This document shows positions 55,000-64,000 of a stretch of DNA of 64,000 bases, piece by piece; within the stretch, counting starts at the first letter, position 1, and every line of letters begins with the position of its first letter. Position numbers and translations under genes: made by a program. Origin of the DNA: Patescibacteria group bacterium. Lineage in GTDB: Bacteria; Patescibacteriota; Minisyncoccia; Phycocordibacterales; Phycocordibacteraceae. The notes under the pieces were generated by a model that saw only the letters and a program-made list of their open reading frames with translations, had not been told where the DNA came from and ran no database searches. Location of the stretch: positions 8,535 to 72,534 of the forward strand of contig JAGWVF010000004.1 in the NCBI GenBank assembly GCA_018971045.1, given 5' to 3'.

Positions 55000-56246
55000 T
55001 GCGGTGCCGCCAGAATTTCCGCGCGCGAGCGCTTCGCGACGGCGCCCGTCGCGCGTTCAACCACCTCGAACAGGCCGGTCGCCGCGGCATCTTTACCGAC
55101 AACGATCCGATAGGGCATGCCGAGCAAATCGCTGTCGGCGAATTTTTCTCCCGCGCGCAAATCGCGATCGTCATAAAGCGTCGCTATGCCGGCCTTCTCG
55201 AGATCGGCATAGAGTTCATCGGCAACCTTCGAAACTTCGTCGCCCGCGTGTCCAAGCGAAACGAGATGATAGCGAAACGGCGCGACGACCGCGGGCCACA
55301 CAATGCCCTTTTCATCCGCTAGCGTTTCGACCAGCACGCCCATAAGCCGCGAAGGGCCGATGCCGTAACAGCCCATCACCACCGGCCGCGAAACGCCCTG
55401 CTCGTCGGCATACGTAAGGCCTAGCTTCTCGGAAAATCGCGTGCCGAGATTGAAGATATTGCCGACTTCGATCGCGCGCCTTTCGACAAGCGAACTTCTG
55501 TGAAGCCCGAGCTTTTCAAGCGAATCATCGCTCATGACTTCCTTATTGACCGCGATACCCTTTGCTTCATCGATATAAATAGTATCTTCACCCGCGTTCG
55601 AGATAGTTTGAAACTCTTCGGAGAATTCGCTGAAAATGCCGCCGGAAGCGAAGGTTAGGTACGTCCAATCACCGATCCCGAGGCGCCGGAATACCTTCCG
55701 GTAAGCCTCGCGCGCGCTCGTATAAAAGTCGGCGTGTTCGACTTCATTGCGCGAGAAAGAGTAGAGATCCTTCATCAGGAACTCTTTTCCGCGCATAATG
55801 CCCGCTTTGGCGCGCAGCTCATTGCGAAACTTGTTTTGGAACTGGTAGGCATACACTGGCAGATCGCGATACGAGGAGATATGCTCCGTCATGATGCGCG
55901 TCAGGGGCTCTTCGTGGGTGATCCCGAGCCCCGTTTCGCCGCCGCTCTTGAAGAGCGTCTTAAACCAAATGTCGACCTTGGCGTCGTCCCAACGATCGGT
56001 GCGGCTCCAGAGCTCTTTGTCTTGAAGCGCGCTCATCACGAGCTCCTGTCCGCCGATAGCGTCCATCTCTTCGCGGATAATCTGAACGATTCGATTGAGC
56101 GTGCGGAGGCCGAGCGGGAGATACGAGTACACACCGGCCATCTCTTTGTGGATATAGCCCGCGCGCATGAGGAGCTGGGCATTCTTTGCGACTTCGTCGG
56201 ATGGCGTTTCTCGCCGCGTCTTGGTAAACAACTGGGAATGTCTCAT
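54996..56246 (-). CDS. proS: Proline--tRNA ligase (short, no editing insertion)
   Basis: THEE, KFRNE.R...G.MR..EF.MKD.YSF, EVG.IF.LG, MGCYGIG..R. Confidence 0.95.
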   Translation of the reverse strand: MRHSQLFTKTRRETPSDEVAKNAQLLMRAGYIHKEMAGVYSYLPLGLRTLNRIVQIIREEMDAIGGQELVMSALQDKELWSRTDRWDDAKVDIWFKTLFKSGGETGLGITHEEPLTRIMTEHISSYRDLPVYAYQFQNKFRNELRAKAGIMRGKEFLMKDLYSFSRNEVEHADFYTSAREAYRKVFRRLGIGDWTYLTFASGGIFSEFSEEFQTISNAGEDTIYIDEAKGIAVNKEVMSDDSLEKLGLHRSSLVERRAIEVGNIFNLGTRFSEKLGLTYADEQGVSRPVVMGCYGIGPSRLMGVLVETLADEKGIVWPAVVAPFRYHLVSLGHAGDEVSKVADELYADLEKAGIATLYDDRDLRAGEKFADSDLLGMPYRIVVGKDAAATGLFEVVERATGAVAKRSRAEILAAPQ

Positions 56247-56327
56247 GCGGCATAGTATACGCCACTTATATATATCGGCAAAAAACGCCGCCGTGTCACG
56301 AGGAAGCGCCTTTGAGCGCCACCTGTG

Positions 56328-57434
56328 TTATCCGATAAGTTTGAAGATATCGTGCGCCGAGACAACTAACATGAGCGGAATGAGGAGCGCGAAGGTAATC
56401 ACATTGATCGCATTTGCAACCTTCGCATGAATCGGGCGGCGAATGATCCCTTCAATGATGACGAACAGGAGGCGTCCTCCGTCGAGTGCGGGGATAGGAA
56501 TCAGATTAATGAGCGCGAGGCTTACCGAAATGATCGCGATGATCGAGAGCAGATTGCCCAATCCCTGCGTGGTGGCGGCGCCCACGAATACGGTGATGCC
56601 GATCGGTCCCGCGACCTGCGAGAGATCCGCGGAAAACGTGAAGATGCCGTAGAAGAAATGAGCGAGGCCTTTCGCCGAGAGCGTAATGACGCCCCAGGTG
56701 AGATTCGCGCCTTCGACAATCGCCTGAAGAAACGGCATCGGCACGACGCCGATTGTGCCGACTTCAACGCCGATGGCGTATCGAGTCGGATCAGAGGGCA
56801 GAAGGCCTCGCGCGGGAATCACCTCTAGCGTCTGCATTTTTCCATCTCGCTTCACGCCGAGGGTAACCGTAGAACCGTTGCTATCGGCGATGTAGGCGGA
56901 GAAGCTTTTTGAATCAGAGGCGCGCCACTTTCCCTGCGCGTCTTTCGCGTCCATAATGGAGTCGCCGGCAAGGAGGCCTGCGCGCATCGCCGGAGACGAA
57001 GGGAGAACATTCGAAACGGCGAGTTCGAGATTGCGCGCCTGCGAGAGCTCCGCATCGGAGAGCGCGCGCGGCGTCCCGGCGATGAGCGCGCCCGTGATCA
57101 GAAGGTAGGCGAACAGAAGATTCATCGAAATACCCGCAATGAGCACGATCGCCTGCAGAACGCGGGGCCGCGCGCCAAAAGCGCGCGGATCCCGATCTTC
57201 CGGCTTTATTTCCTGTTCTGCATCTTCGCCGTAAATCTTCACGAACCCGCCGAATGGCAGCCAGTTGAGCGTGTACTCGGTCTCCCCTATTTTCCCGATC
57301 CTAAGCGCGCGCGGCGGATAACCGAGGCCGAATTCGTCTACTCGCATCCCCGAAAGTTTCGCGGCGATGAAGTGACCGAACTCGTGCACGATGATGAGAG
57401 CGATGAGCGCGGCGCCCGCAACGAGAAACTGCAT
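56328..57434 (-). CDS. rseP: Site-2 zinc metalloprotease RseP (M50, PDZ)
   Basis: HEFGH, LPFGG.V, NL.PIPALDGG. Confidence 0.93.
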   Translation of the reverse strand: MQFLVAGAALIALIIVHEFGHFIAAKLSGMRVDEFGLGYPPRALRIGKIGETEYTLNWLPFGGFVKIYGEDAEQEIKPEDRDPRAFGARPRVLQAIVLIAGISMNLLFAYLLITGALIAGTPRALSDAELSQARNLELAVSNVLPSSPAMRAGLLAGDSIMDAKDAQGKWRASDSKSFSAYIADSNGSTVTLGVKRDGKMQTLEVIPARGLLPSDPTRYAIGVEVGTIGVVPMPFLQAIVEGANLTWGVITLSAKGLAHFFYGIFTFSADLSQVAGPIGITVFVGAATTQGLGNLLSIIAIISVSLALINLIPIPALDGGRLLFVIIEGIIRRPIHAKVANAINVITFALLIPLMLVVSAHDIFKLIG

Positions 57435-57435
57435 A

Positions 57436-57987
57436 CTATTGCGCGATCTCCTCTTCCTTGCGTTCGAGGGCGATCGCGAGCGCTTCGTTTCCGGAATCAA
57501 TGAGCCTTTGCACTTCGACCTTCAGCCGCTTTACTTCATCCTCGCCCATGCCGCCATTCGCCTCAGCGGCGTCGAGCGCTTTGAGCGCGTCAATGCGGTG
57601 CTGGCGAAGCGTTACTTTGGCCTGTTCAGCCTTGTCGCCGGCGATCTTCGAGAGTTGGACGCGGCGCTCGCTCGTAAGCTCGGGGAATGAGATGCGCAGC
57701 CCCTGATCGTCGATCGAGACGCCCACGCCAAGATCCGCGTCAGTGATTCCCTTCTCGATCGCCTTCAGGAGCGCCTTATCCCACGGGACAATACGGAGCG
57801 TGCGCGCGTCCTCAACCGTCACGGAACCGACCTCGCGCAGAGGCGAACGCGCTCCGTACGCCTCGACTTTCATTCCGTCGAGAAGCGCCGGGGTCGCGCG
57901 GCCGGTGCGGATCCCCGCGAGCTCGCGAATCAGCCATTCTTCGGTTTCTTTGATCTTGATCTTCAGAAGCGAGAAGTCGTATGCCAT
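57436..57987 (-). CDS. frr: Ribosome recycling factor
   Basis: IRTGRA.P, V..YG, P.LT.ERR. Confidence 0.96.
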   Translation of the reverse strand: MAYDFSLLKIKIKETEEWLIRELAGIRTGRATPALLDGMKVEAYGARSPLREVGSVTVEDARTLRIVPWDKALLKAIEKGITDADLGVGVSIDDQGLRISFPELTSERRVQLSKIAGDKAEQAKVTLRQHRIDALKALDAAEANGGMGEDEVKRLKVEVQRLIDSGNEALAIALERKEEEIAQ

Positions 57988-58016
57988 ATGCCGTATTGTC
58001 GAGTATGCCTTTCAGT

Positions 58017-58694
58017 TTATCGCAAAGGCGAGGGAATGACGAGGGAGAGGTGCTCGAGAATCATCCGCACGGGCGCACTGCGGTCATAGAGGTAGCCGCG
58101 CAGAGTCAATATATCCGACAACGCGGCGGCATGCCTTTCGAGACCTTGGCGAAGTAGCGCCGCCTCGACGCCGTTTAGAAGCGCGATCGCTTCTTCGCGA
58201 TTCTCCCGACGATCATCATCGTCCTTGCCGCTCGCCAGCTTCTTAATAAGCGCGCTGCGCTTCTCTTTACTCGCTTTCAAAAATTCGCTCGCAATGCCGG
58301 AAGCGATGCTTCCCGCATCTGTTGGAGGCGCTGATTCCAACATCTGAATCCGCGAACGCAGGGTCGGCAGAAGATTGCCGAACGACGGCATGATGAAAAA
58401 AAGATACGTGTTTAACGGCGGCTCCTCGAAAAGCTTCAGGAGCGCGTTTTGCGTCTCGTGATACGCGCGGATCGCCGCGACGATCACTACCTTGTTCGCG
58501 CCGCGCATGGGCGCGCCGACCGCATACTCTGCCACTCGCCGCGCGTCGGCAACCGACAACAGACCATAGCGAAGTACCACAATGTCAGGATTGCCTCGCG
58601 CCTCCATCTCGAGCTCTCGCCGCACCCACTCTTCGGCAAGGGCAATGCCCTCGAGTGCTTCAGCTTCGATGCCGTACGCGTGAGATGGGGTCAT
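58017..58694 (-). CDS. holB: DNA polymerase III delta-prime-like clamp loader subunit (reduced)
   Basis: QNALLK..EEPP, LLPTLRSR. Confidence 0.75.
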   Translation of the reverse strand: MTPSHAYGIEAEALEGIALAEEWVRRELEMEARGNPDIVVLRYGLLSVADARRVAEYAVGAPMRGANKVVIVAAIRAYHETQNALLKLFEEPPLNTYLFFIMPSFGNLLPTLRSRIQMLESAPPTDAGSIASGIASEFLKASKEKRSALIKKLASGKDDDDRRENREEAIALLNGVEAALLRQGLERHAAALSDILTLRGYLYDRSAPVRMILEHLSLVIPSPLR

Positions 58695-59713
58695 TGTTTC
58701 GCCAAAATGCTTTTTTGATACGTGTTCAGGTGCTTCAGCGCGATACCGGTACCGCGAGCGACACAATAATAGGGGTCCGCGGCGAGCTTCGCGACGACGC
58801 CCGTACGGCGATACACGAGTTCGGGCATCTGCCGCAACTGCGAGGATCCGCCGGTGAGAATGATGCCGTTATCGATAATGTCAGCCGCGAGCTCGGGCGG
58901 GGTCTCCTGAAGCACTTTGCGAATCGCCTGCGTCATTTCGCGCAACTCGCGCGATACCGCCTGAACGATCCCATTCGTCGTGATATCAACCGTCCGCGGC
59001 AAGCCTGACATCAGATCGCGCCCTTTTACCGCCATCGAAAGCTCTTCGTTCATCGGTACCGCCGCTCCGACGGTTATCTTGACTTCTTCCGCCGTTTTGT
59101 CGCCAATCGAGAGATTATGCTGTTTCTTTACGTGGTCGACGATCGCGCGGTCGAGCCGATCGCCGGCGCACTTCACGCTCGTTGACGCCACGATGCCGCC
59201 CAGGGAGATCACGGCAACGTCGATGGTGCCGCCTCCGATATCCGCGATCATACGCCCCATCGGCTCGTGAATGGGGATACCCGCGCCGATCGCCGCGAGG
59301 ATCGGTTCCTTCACCACATAGGCGTTCTTCGCGCCCGCCTTCATGGCCGCCTCGATCACGGCCCGCTTCTCGGTCGAGGTAACGCCCGCAGGAACTGACA
59401 CGAGCACGGTCGGTTTAAACGGATTATGTCCCAGTGCTTTTTTCATAAAATAACGGAGCATCGCTTCCGTAACCCGATAATCGGCGATCACTCCGTCTTT
59501 CATCGGCCGGTACGCGATAATATCATCGGGAGTGCGGCCGATCATCTTCTTCGCTTCGATGCCGATCGCGAGAATCTTATTGCGCTGTTTTCCGTTCGCC
59601 CTGCCTACCGCGACCACCGACGGTTCATTGATCACGACTTCTTTCCCGGGCACGAAGACGAGCACGTTGGTTGTGCCAAGATCGATGCCAAGCTTGGGAG
59701 AAAAGAAGGACAT
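58691..59713 (-). CDS. mreB: Second MreB/Mbl paralogue
   Basis: GIDLGT.N, EPSVVA, RPMKDGVIAD, DIGGGT, LTGG. Confidence 0.93.
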   Translation of the reverse strand: MSFFSPKLGIDLGTTNVLVFVPGKEVVINEPSVVAVGRANGKQRNKILAIGIEAKKMIGRTPDDIIAYRPMKDGVIADYRVTEAMLRYFMKKALGHNPFKPTVLVSVPAGVTSTEKRAVIEAAMKAGAKNAYVVKEPILAAIGAGIPIHEPMGRMIADIGGGTIDVAVISLGGIVASTSVKCAGDRLDRAIVDHVKKQHNLSIGDKTAEEVKITVGAAVPMNEELSMAVKGRDLMSGLPRTVDITTNGIVQAVSRELREMTQAIRKVLQETPPELAADIIDNGIILTGGSSQLRQMPELVYRRTGVVAKLAADPYYCVARGTGIALKHLNTYQKSILAKQ

Positions 59714-59778
59714 AACGCTATAGTAGCGTTCTCGCTGTCCACGTGCAAAGAGCCGTCCCGCAGTGGTAGGATGGCTCT

Positions 59779-61095
59779 ATGCAAGGGGAAATGAATTTCG
59801 TGATCGACGGCGGCGCGGCGCTCTCGGGCAAGGTCGAGACCAGCCGATCCAAAAACGGCGCCGTCGCCCTCCTCGCCGCTTCCCTTTTGAATCGCGGCCG
59901 CACGACGCTCCATCATGTGCCGAACATCGAGGAAGTGAAGCGTCTCGTCGAGGTACTTGTCTCGATCGGCGTCGACGTCGCGTGGGAGAAATCGAGCGTC
60001 GTGATCACGCCGCCCGAGCATCTCTCGCTCGACGCAATTGACGCGAGCGCGGCGACCCGCACCCGCGCCATCCTCATGTTCATCGGGTCGCTCGTGCACC
60101 TCTTCCCGTCCTTCTCGATCCCGCAGTCAAGCGGTTGTACGCTCGGATTGCGTTCGATTCGCCAGCATCTCTGGGTGCTCGAGAAGTACGGCATCACTAT
60201 CGAGACGCTCACGGACTGCTACCGGGTCACGCGCACGACTCTCGCTCCCGCAACTATTGTCCTCTATGAAGCGAGCGATACGGCGACGATCAACGCGCTT
60301 CTCGCCGCCGCCAAAATCGAAGGCACGACGACGATCAAATACGCTTCGGCGAATTATCAGGTGCAAGAAGTCTGCGGCTTTCTGAGAGCGCTCGGAGTCA
60401 CCGTTATCGGCGCGGGCACCAGTACCCTTACCGTTACCGGCGTTTCCGACATTAATAGAACGATCGAATACGCCGTCGCCGAAGACCCGACCGACGCGAT
60501 GTTCTTTATCACCGCCGCCATTACGACCAGAAGCGAGCTTACCGTCGTCAAAGCGCCGATCGAATTTCTCGAAGTGGAGCTCTTCGTTCTCGAGAAGATG
60601 GGGCTTCGGTATTCGCTCAGCAATGCGTGCGTGTCGGAAAACGGGATCACCAAACTCGCGGACATTCACCTGGCGCCCTCGGAGCTGATCGCATTTCCGG
60701 AAAAGATTCACGCGCGCCCCTATCCTGCGCTCAATATCGACAATCTTCCTTTCTTCGCGGTCATCGCGACGCAAGCGAAAGGAACCACACTGATCCACGA
60801 TTGGTCGTATGAAAAGCGCGCAATTTACTACACTGATCTTGATCGTCTTGGCGCAATCACCAACCTTCTCGATCCGCACCGCATCACCATCGAAGGCCCG
60901 CGCGCGCTTAGGGCGGCTGAGATCATCTGCCCTCCGGCGCTGCGGCCCGCAACCATCATTCTCGTCGCGATGCTCGGCGCCAATGGCCGCTCGATCCTTC
61001 GCAACGTTTACAGCATCAACCGCGGCTATGAGGATATCGCCCACCGCCTTCAAGAACTCGGAGCCTCAATCGAGGCGATCATGGAAGCGGTATGA
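59779..61095 (+). CDS. murA: UDP-N-acetylglucosamine 1-carboxyvinyltransferase
   Basis: SKN.A, GC.LG.R (catalytic Cys), I.RGYE. Confidence 0.92.
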   Translation: MQGEMNFVIDGGAALSGKVETSRSKNGAVALLAASLLNRGRTTLHHVPNIEEVKRLVEVLVSIGVDVAWEKSSVVITPPEHLSLDAIDASAATRTRAILMFIGSLVHLFPSFSIPQSSGCTLGLRSIRQHLWVLEKYGITIETLTDCYRVTRTTLAPATIVLYEASDTATINALLAAAKIEGTTTIKYASANYQVQEVCGFLRALGVTVIGAGTSTLTVTGVSDINRTIEYAVAEDPTDAMFFITAAITTRSELTVVKAPIEFLEVELFVLEKMGLRYSLSNACVSENGITKLADIHLAPSELIAFPEKIHARPYPALNIDNLPFFAVIATQAKGTTLIHDWSYEKRAIYYTDLDRLGAITNLLDPHRITIEGPRALRAAEIICPPALRPATIILVAMLGANGRSILRNVYSINRGYEDIAHRLQELGASIEAIMEAV

Positions 61096-61385
61096 AGTCG
61101 ATCGGCGAGATCCTTCCTGATATTAAGAAGAGGGTGTCTGAAACGCCCCAAGGAAGGAAACGCAAGACCGAGCGCGGCGAGCTGATGCGCTTCTTCCTGC
61201 GCCACCTTAATTATTCCCGCAAGCATGACGGTCTCGCGCCGATGACGATGGCCCATCTCGGCACGGTGCTCGAGAAAATTCCCACGAAAGATTTGTACTA
61301 TTTGAAAAGCGTTTGCAGTCAGTCGAAAAATTTCAGCAAAAAGTTCTGGTGGGAGCTCGATCCGACCAAGCATCCGGCGAAATAG
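61092..61385 (+). CDS. Hypothetical basic protein
   Basis: ATGA overlap with murA; 97-aa ORF. Confidence 0.75.
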   Translation: MKSIGEILPDIKKRVSETPQGRKRKTERGELMRFFLRHLNYSRKHDGLAPMTMAHLGTVLEKIPTKDLYYLKSVCSQSKNFSKKFWWELDPTKHPAK

Positions 61386-61407
61386 AGAGTATGCTATACT
61401 TCACCAC

Positions 61408-61938
61408 ATGAAAGAAATCGTGCAAGAAGGCGCGCCGATACTGCGAAAAATCGCCGAACCGCTCTCGGAAAAGCTCTTCGGAACGGCGGAGCTCAAGCGA
61501 CTTATCGACGACATGGCCACTGCCCTTGATCAAGAGATCGAGGGAGTCGCTCTGGCCGCGCCGCAGATCGGCGTTCCGTATCGCCTCTTTATCGTGCGCA
61601 GCGACCGAGCCCTGCCGCCGCCGGCCACTGATGAAAAGCGCCTCGCCGCCCTTAAGCCTGAAGTCGAGGTGTACATCAATCCGGAGATCGTGAAGACATC
61701 GCGGAAACGATCTCGAGCCGACGAAGGGTGCCTCTCGGTCCGCGGCGTCTACGGAACCACCAACCGCCATGAGCGAGTTACTCTGCGCGCCCGCCGCATC
61801 GACGGATCGTGCTTCGAACGCTGGGCGGGCAACATCATGGCGCAGATATTCGAACACGAAATGGATCACTTAAACGGAATCCTCTTTATCGACCACGCCG
61901 AGCATTTGGTGCACATTCATCATGCCGCTACCGCCTGA
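61408..61938 (+). CDS. def: Peptide deformylase
   Basis: GVALAAPQIG, EGCLS, HEMDHL.G. Confidence 0.96.
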   Translation: MKEIVQEGAPILRKIAEPLSEKLFGTAELKRLIDDMATALDQEIEGVALAAPQIGVPYRLFIVRSDRALPPPATDEKRLAALKPEVEVYINPEIVKTSRKRSRADEGCLSVRGVYGTTNRHERVTLRARRIDGSCFERWAGNIMAQIFEHEMDHLNGILFIDHAEHLVHIHHAATA

Positions 61939-62761
61939 CCGCTCTTTGGCCTATTTCGGCACGCCTGCGGTCGCCCGCGACACGCTCGCGCTTCTTCTCG
62001 AACGCGGCTTCACGCCGAAGGTCGTGATCACTTCTCCTGACGCCCCGCGCGGCCGCGGACTCGCGCTCACGCCGTCTCCGACAAAGGTATTCGCGAGCTC
62101 GAACGGCATTCCTATTCTTACGCCCGACGCTCTCGATACCGACGCCATCGAACAGATTAAGCGGTATGGATGCGACTACGCTCTCTGTGTCGCGTATGGA
62201 AAGATTTTTCCCGAAGAGCTTATCAGGGTATTCCCGCTCGGCGTGCTCAACATTCACTATTCCCTCTTGCCGAAGTATCGCGGCGCAACGCCTTTAGAAT
62301 CGGCGCTTCTTGCCGGCGAGAGCGAGACGGGAATCACCATTCAGAAAATGGCGGCGGCGCTCGACGCCGGCGATATCATCGCGCAACAAACGACGCCCAT
62401 CGCTCCGTTTGAAACGGCGCGAGAACTGCGTCCGCGGCTCGTCAAGCTCGGCGCGGCGCTTCTCGCCGATACGCTTCCCGCCTATCTTTCAGGCGAGATT
62501 GTTCCGACTCCTCAGGACGAGTCGCGCGCCTCGCGAACGCGCAAATTGAAAAAAGAAGACGGTCTCCTCGATCTCGCCGCGCCCGCGCGCGAAAATTGGA
62601 ATACCTACCGCGCCTTCACCGACTCCATCGGCACGTATGTTATCGAGAACGGGAAACGGATGAAGATCACTGCCGCCTCTCTTCGAAACGGCTCGTTCAC
62701 CATCGAGCGCGTAATCCCCGAAGGGAAAAAGGAAAGAGCATACACGGCTGACAAACGTTAA
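61922..62761 (+). CDS. fmt: Methionyl-tRNA formyltransferase (short C-terminus)
   Basis: FGTP, PD...GRG, NIH.SLLPKYRGA.P, LDAGDI. Confidence 0.94.
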   Translation: MPLPPDRSLAYFGTPAVARDTLALLLERGFTPKVVITSPDAPRGRGLALTPSPTKVFASSNGIPILTPDALDTDAIEQIKRYGCDYALCVAYGKIFPEELIRVFPLGVLNIHYSLLPKYRGATPLESALLAGESETGITIQKMAAALDAGDIIAQQTTPIAPFETARELRPRLVKLGAALLADTLPAYLSGEIVPTPQDESRASRTRKLKKEDGLLDLAAPARENWNTYRAFTDSIGTYVIENGKRMKITAASLRNGSFTIERVIPEGKKERAYTADKR

Positions 62762-63120
62762 CGATTGAAACGCAGAATATTTTTAACGGCGAGCCTGCCC
62801 TTCTTCCAGAGCCGGCGAGCGCGGCCGCGCGATCGGCGGATCTCCGATTCAAGTTCGCTCCGCACGCGGTCGGCGGCGCTCTCGGGCGAGGGCTTCACCG
62901 CCTCGGCGTGATACACTTCGCCGCCTGCCGCGAGCCGCGCGACGAGCCGGTAAGGCTCCGAAGAGCGTCCTTCGGCAGGCGCTTGTTCGACCTCGATCTC
63001 GAGAAGCGCGGTCTCGCTTTCGTCGCCGAGAAGGCGCAGGGGCGCGGTCAGTTTCTCTTCTATCACTGCTTCAGCTTCGGGGCTCAATCGATACTTGTTC
63101 GCCTTGATAGTGATGTTCAT
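62758..63120 (-). CDS. hpf: HPF/RaiA ribosome hibernation factor
   Basis: MNI.IKA....L, EEKL, A.D.V..ELE.EI. Confidence 0.75.
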   Translation of the reverse strand: MNITIKANKYRLSPEAEAVIEEKLTAPLRLLGDESETALLEIEVEQAPAEGRSSEPYRLVARLAAGGEVYHAEAVKPSPESAADRVRSELESEIRRSRGRARRLWKKGRLAVKNILRFNR

Positions 63121-63129
63121 GAGAAGAAA

Positions 63130-63348
63130 TTAATGGCTAATACTTACCATTTTAGCCCGAGAACGATGTCCTGTCAGGATGCGCACCTTCCCTGCCGGGA
63201 CACCGAACCGCTCGGCGATAATTTCCCGCACGCGGTCGTTCGCGCGATTCTGAGCGGCGGGCTCCCGAACCGAGATCGCGAACGCGTCGCCATTCTCCTC
63301 GAGCTTCTCCTTTTTCGCCCCCGGAGTTACCAGTACTTTGATAAACAT
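63130..63348 (-). CDS. DUF167 (YggU-like) protein
   Basis: V.V.PGAK, V.EP....AN, I..G..SR.K. Confidence 0.85.
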   Translation of the reverse strand: MFIKVLVTPGAKKEKLEENGDAFAISVREPAAQNRANDRVREIIAERFGVPAGKVRILTGHRSRAKMVSISH

Positions 63349-63587
63349 TAGCGCGCCGCGTAGTGTTCGCGCAGATACGCGTCAATATCGGCCGATTCGT
63401 ACATCTCGACGTCGCGCGCGCTGTCGACGAGGTACGGCACCTGACGCTTGCCGCCGCGCTTCACGAGCTCGGCCGCGATGGCGTCATCGGCTATATTTTT
63501 TTCCTCAAATTCGATTCCTAATTCCTTCCCCGCCGCCTGCACGCGATGGCAGAAAGGGCATCCTGTTTTTACGTAAAGGGTAAGCAT
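63348..63587 (-). CDS. Glutaredoxin / GST N-terminal-like protein
   Basis: CPFC, QVPYL.D, MYES.DI..YL. Confidence 0.88.
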   Translation of the reverse strand: MLTLYVKTGCPFCHRVQAAGKELGIEFEEKNIADDAIAAELVKRGGKRQVPYLVDSARDVEMYESADIDAYLREHYAAR

Positions 63588-63612
63588 GGGGCCATTGTAA
63601 CGCATTTCGATA

Positions 63613-64000
63613 TTACTTTCGCGCGTAGCGGCCAATGAGCTCTGCTGACGCGAGGAGATGCGGCGCGAGTGCATCAAGCACTTCCCTTTTCGTCGCGCCG
63701 GTAGAGAGCGCAAGCGGCTCGCGAAGCGCGTAGAGGGTGAAGATATACCGATGCTCTTTTGGCTCATACTGCGGCGGCGGGCAGGGGCCAACATAACCCG
63801 TCCCGCCCGAGCTATTGACGCCCGCTGTGCCCACGGTCGCTCCCGAGGCGATTTCAGTCGTTGTCGCTGGGATATTAAATACGACCCAGTGGTCGAAGAC
63901 GTCGATCCCCCGGCTCTGCTTCACCACACTTGGGATATCCGGATCGTCCATGACCAACACGAGTGACTGCGCCTCATTGGGCACGTTCGAAATAACCAAT
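63613..64000 (-). CDS. YbhB/YbcL (PEBP) family protein, 5' end cut by window edge
   Basis: MDDPD, HWVVFN, GY.GPCPP, HRY.F.LYAL. Confidence 0.9.
   Translation of the reverse strand, partial: LVISNVPNEAQSLVLVMDDPDIPSVVKQSRGIDVFDHWVVFNIPATTTEIASGATVGTAGVNSSGGTGYVGPCPPPQYEPKEHRYIFTLYALREPLALSTGATKREVLDALAPHLLASAELIGRYARK

Noticed and set aside
1-64000. CRISPR arrays, IS elements, prophage genes, introns/inteins, rRNA, stop-codon recoding
   Set aside because: No spaced repeats, transposase, integrase or RT motifs seen; DnaB and other core genes are normal length and end at standard stops including TGA

Overview
Chromosomal segment of a small-genome bacterium, most likely Patescibacteria/CPR (Parcubacteria-like). 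This is inferred from DUF5671, short ProS/MurF/Fmt/HolB forms, two mreB copies, almost no metabolic genes and few Shine-Dalgarno sites. Most of the window is housekeeping: ychF, leuS, infA-rpmJ-rpsM-rpsK-rpsD-rpoA-rplQ-rplM-rpsI, grpE-dnaK-dnaJ, tyrS/tRNA-Tyr/trpS, scpAB, a split dcw cluster, gltX, cysS-dnaB-recR, mreBCD-mrdA-greA-lysS, proS, rseP, frr, murA and def-fmt. Two accessory islands stand out. The first (1-4950) encodes a 63-aa three-Cys protein, a radical SAM enzyme with an RRE-like N-terminus and a degenerate SPASM domain, an MTA phosphorylase, an ABC-F ATPase preceded by a tiny MAF* uORF with a foldable leader, and a nucleoside-kinase-like gene. The second (41634-43991) is an AT-rich Type II restriction-modification pair next to tRNA-Glu. 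Across the window, -10 boxes sit 6-9 nt before start codons, which points to leaderless mRNAs. The mraZ upstream region carries MraZ-type boxes, a perfect DnaA box and a candidate structured RNA preceding an unannotated 59-aa membrane protein. No rRNA, CRISPR array, transposase or integrase was seen. All family calls come from motif recognition, not database searches.
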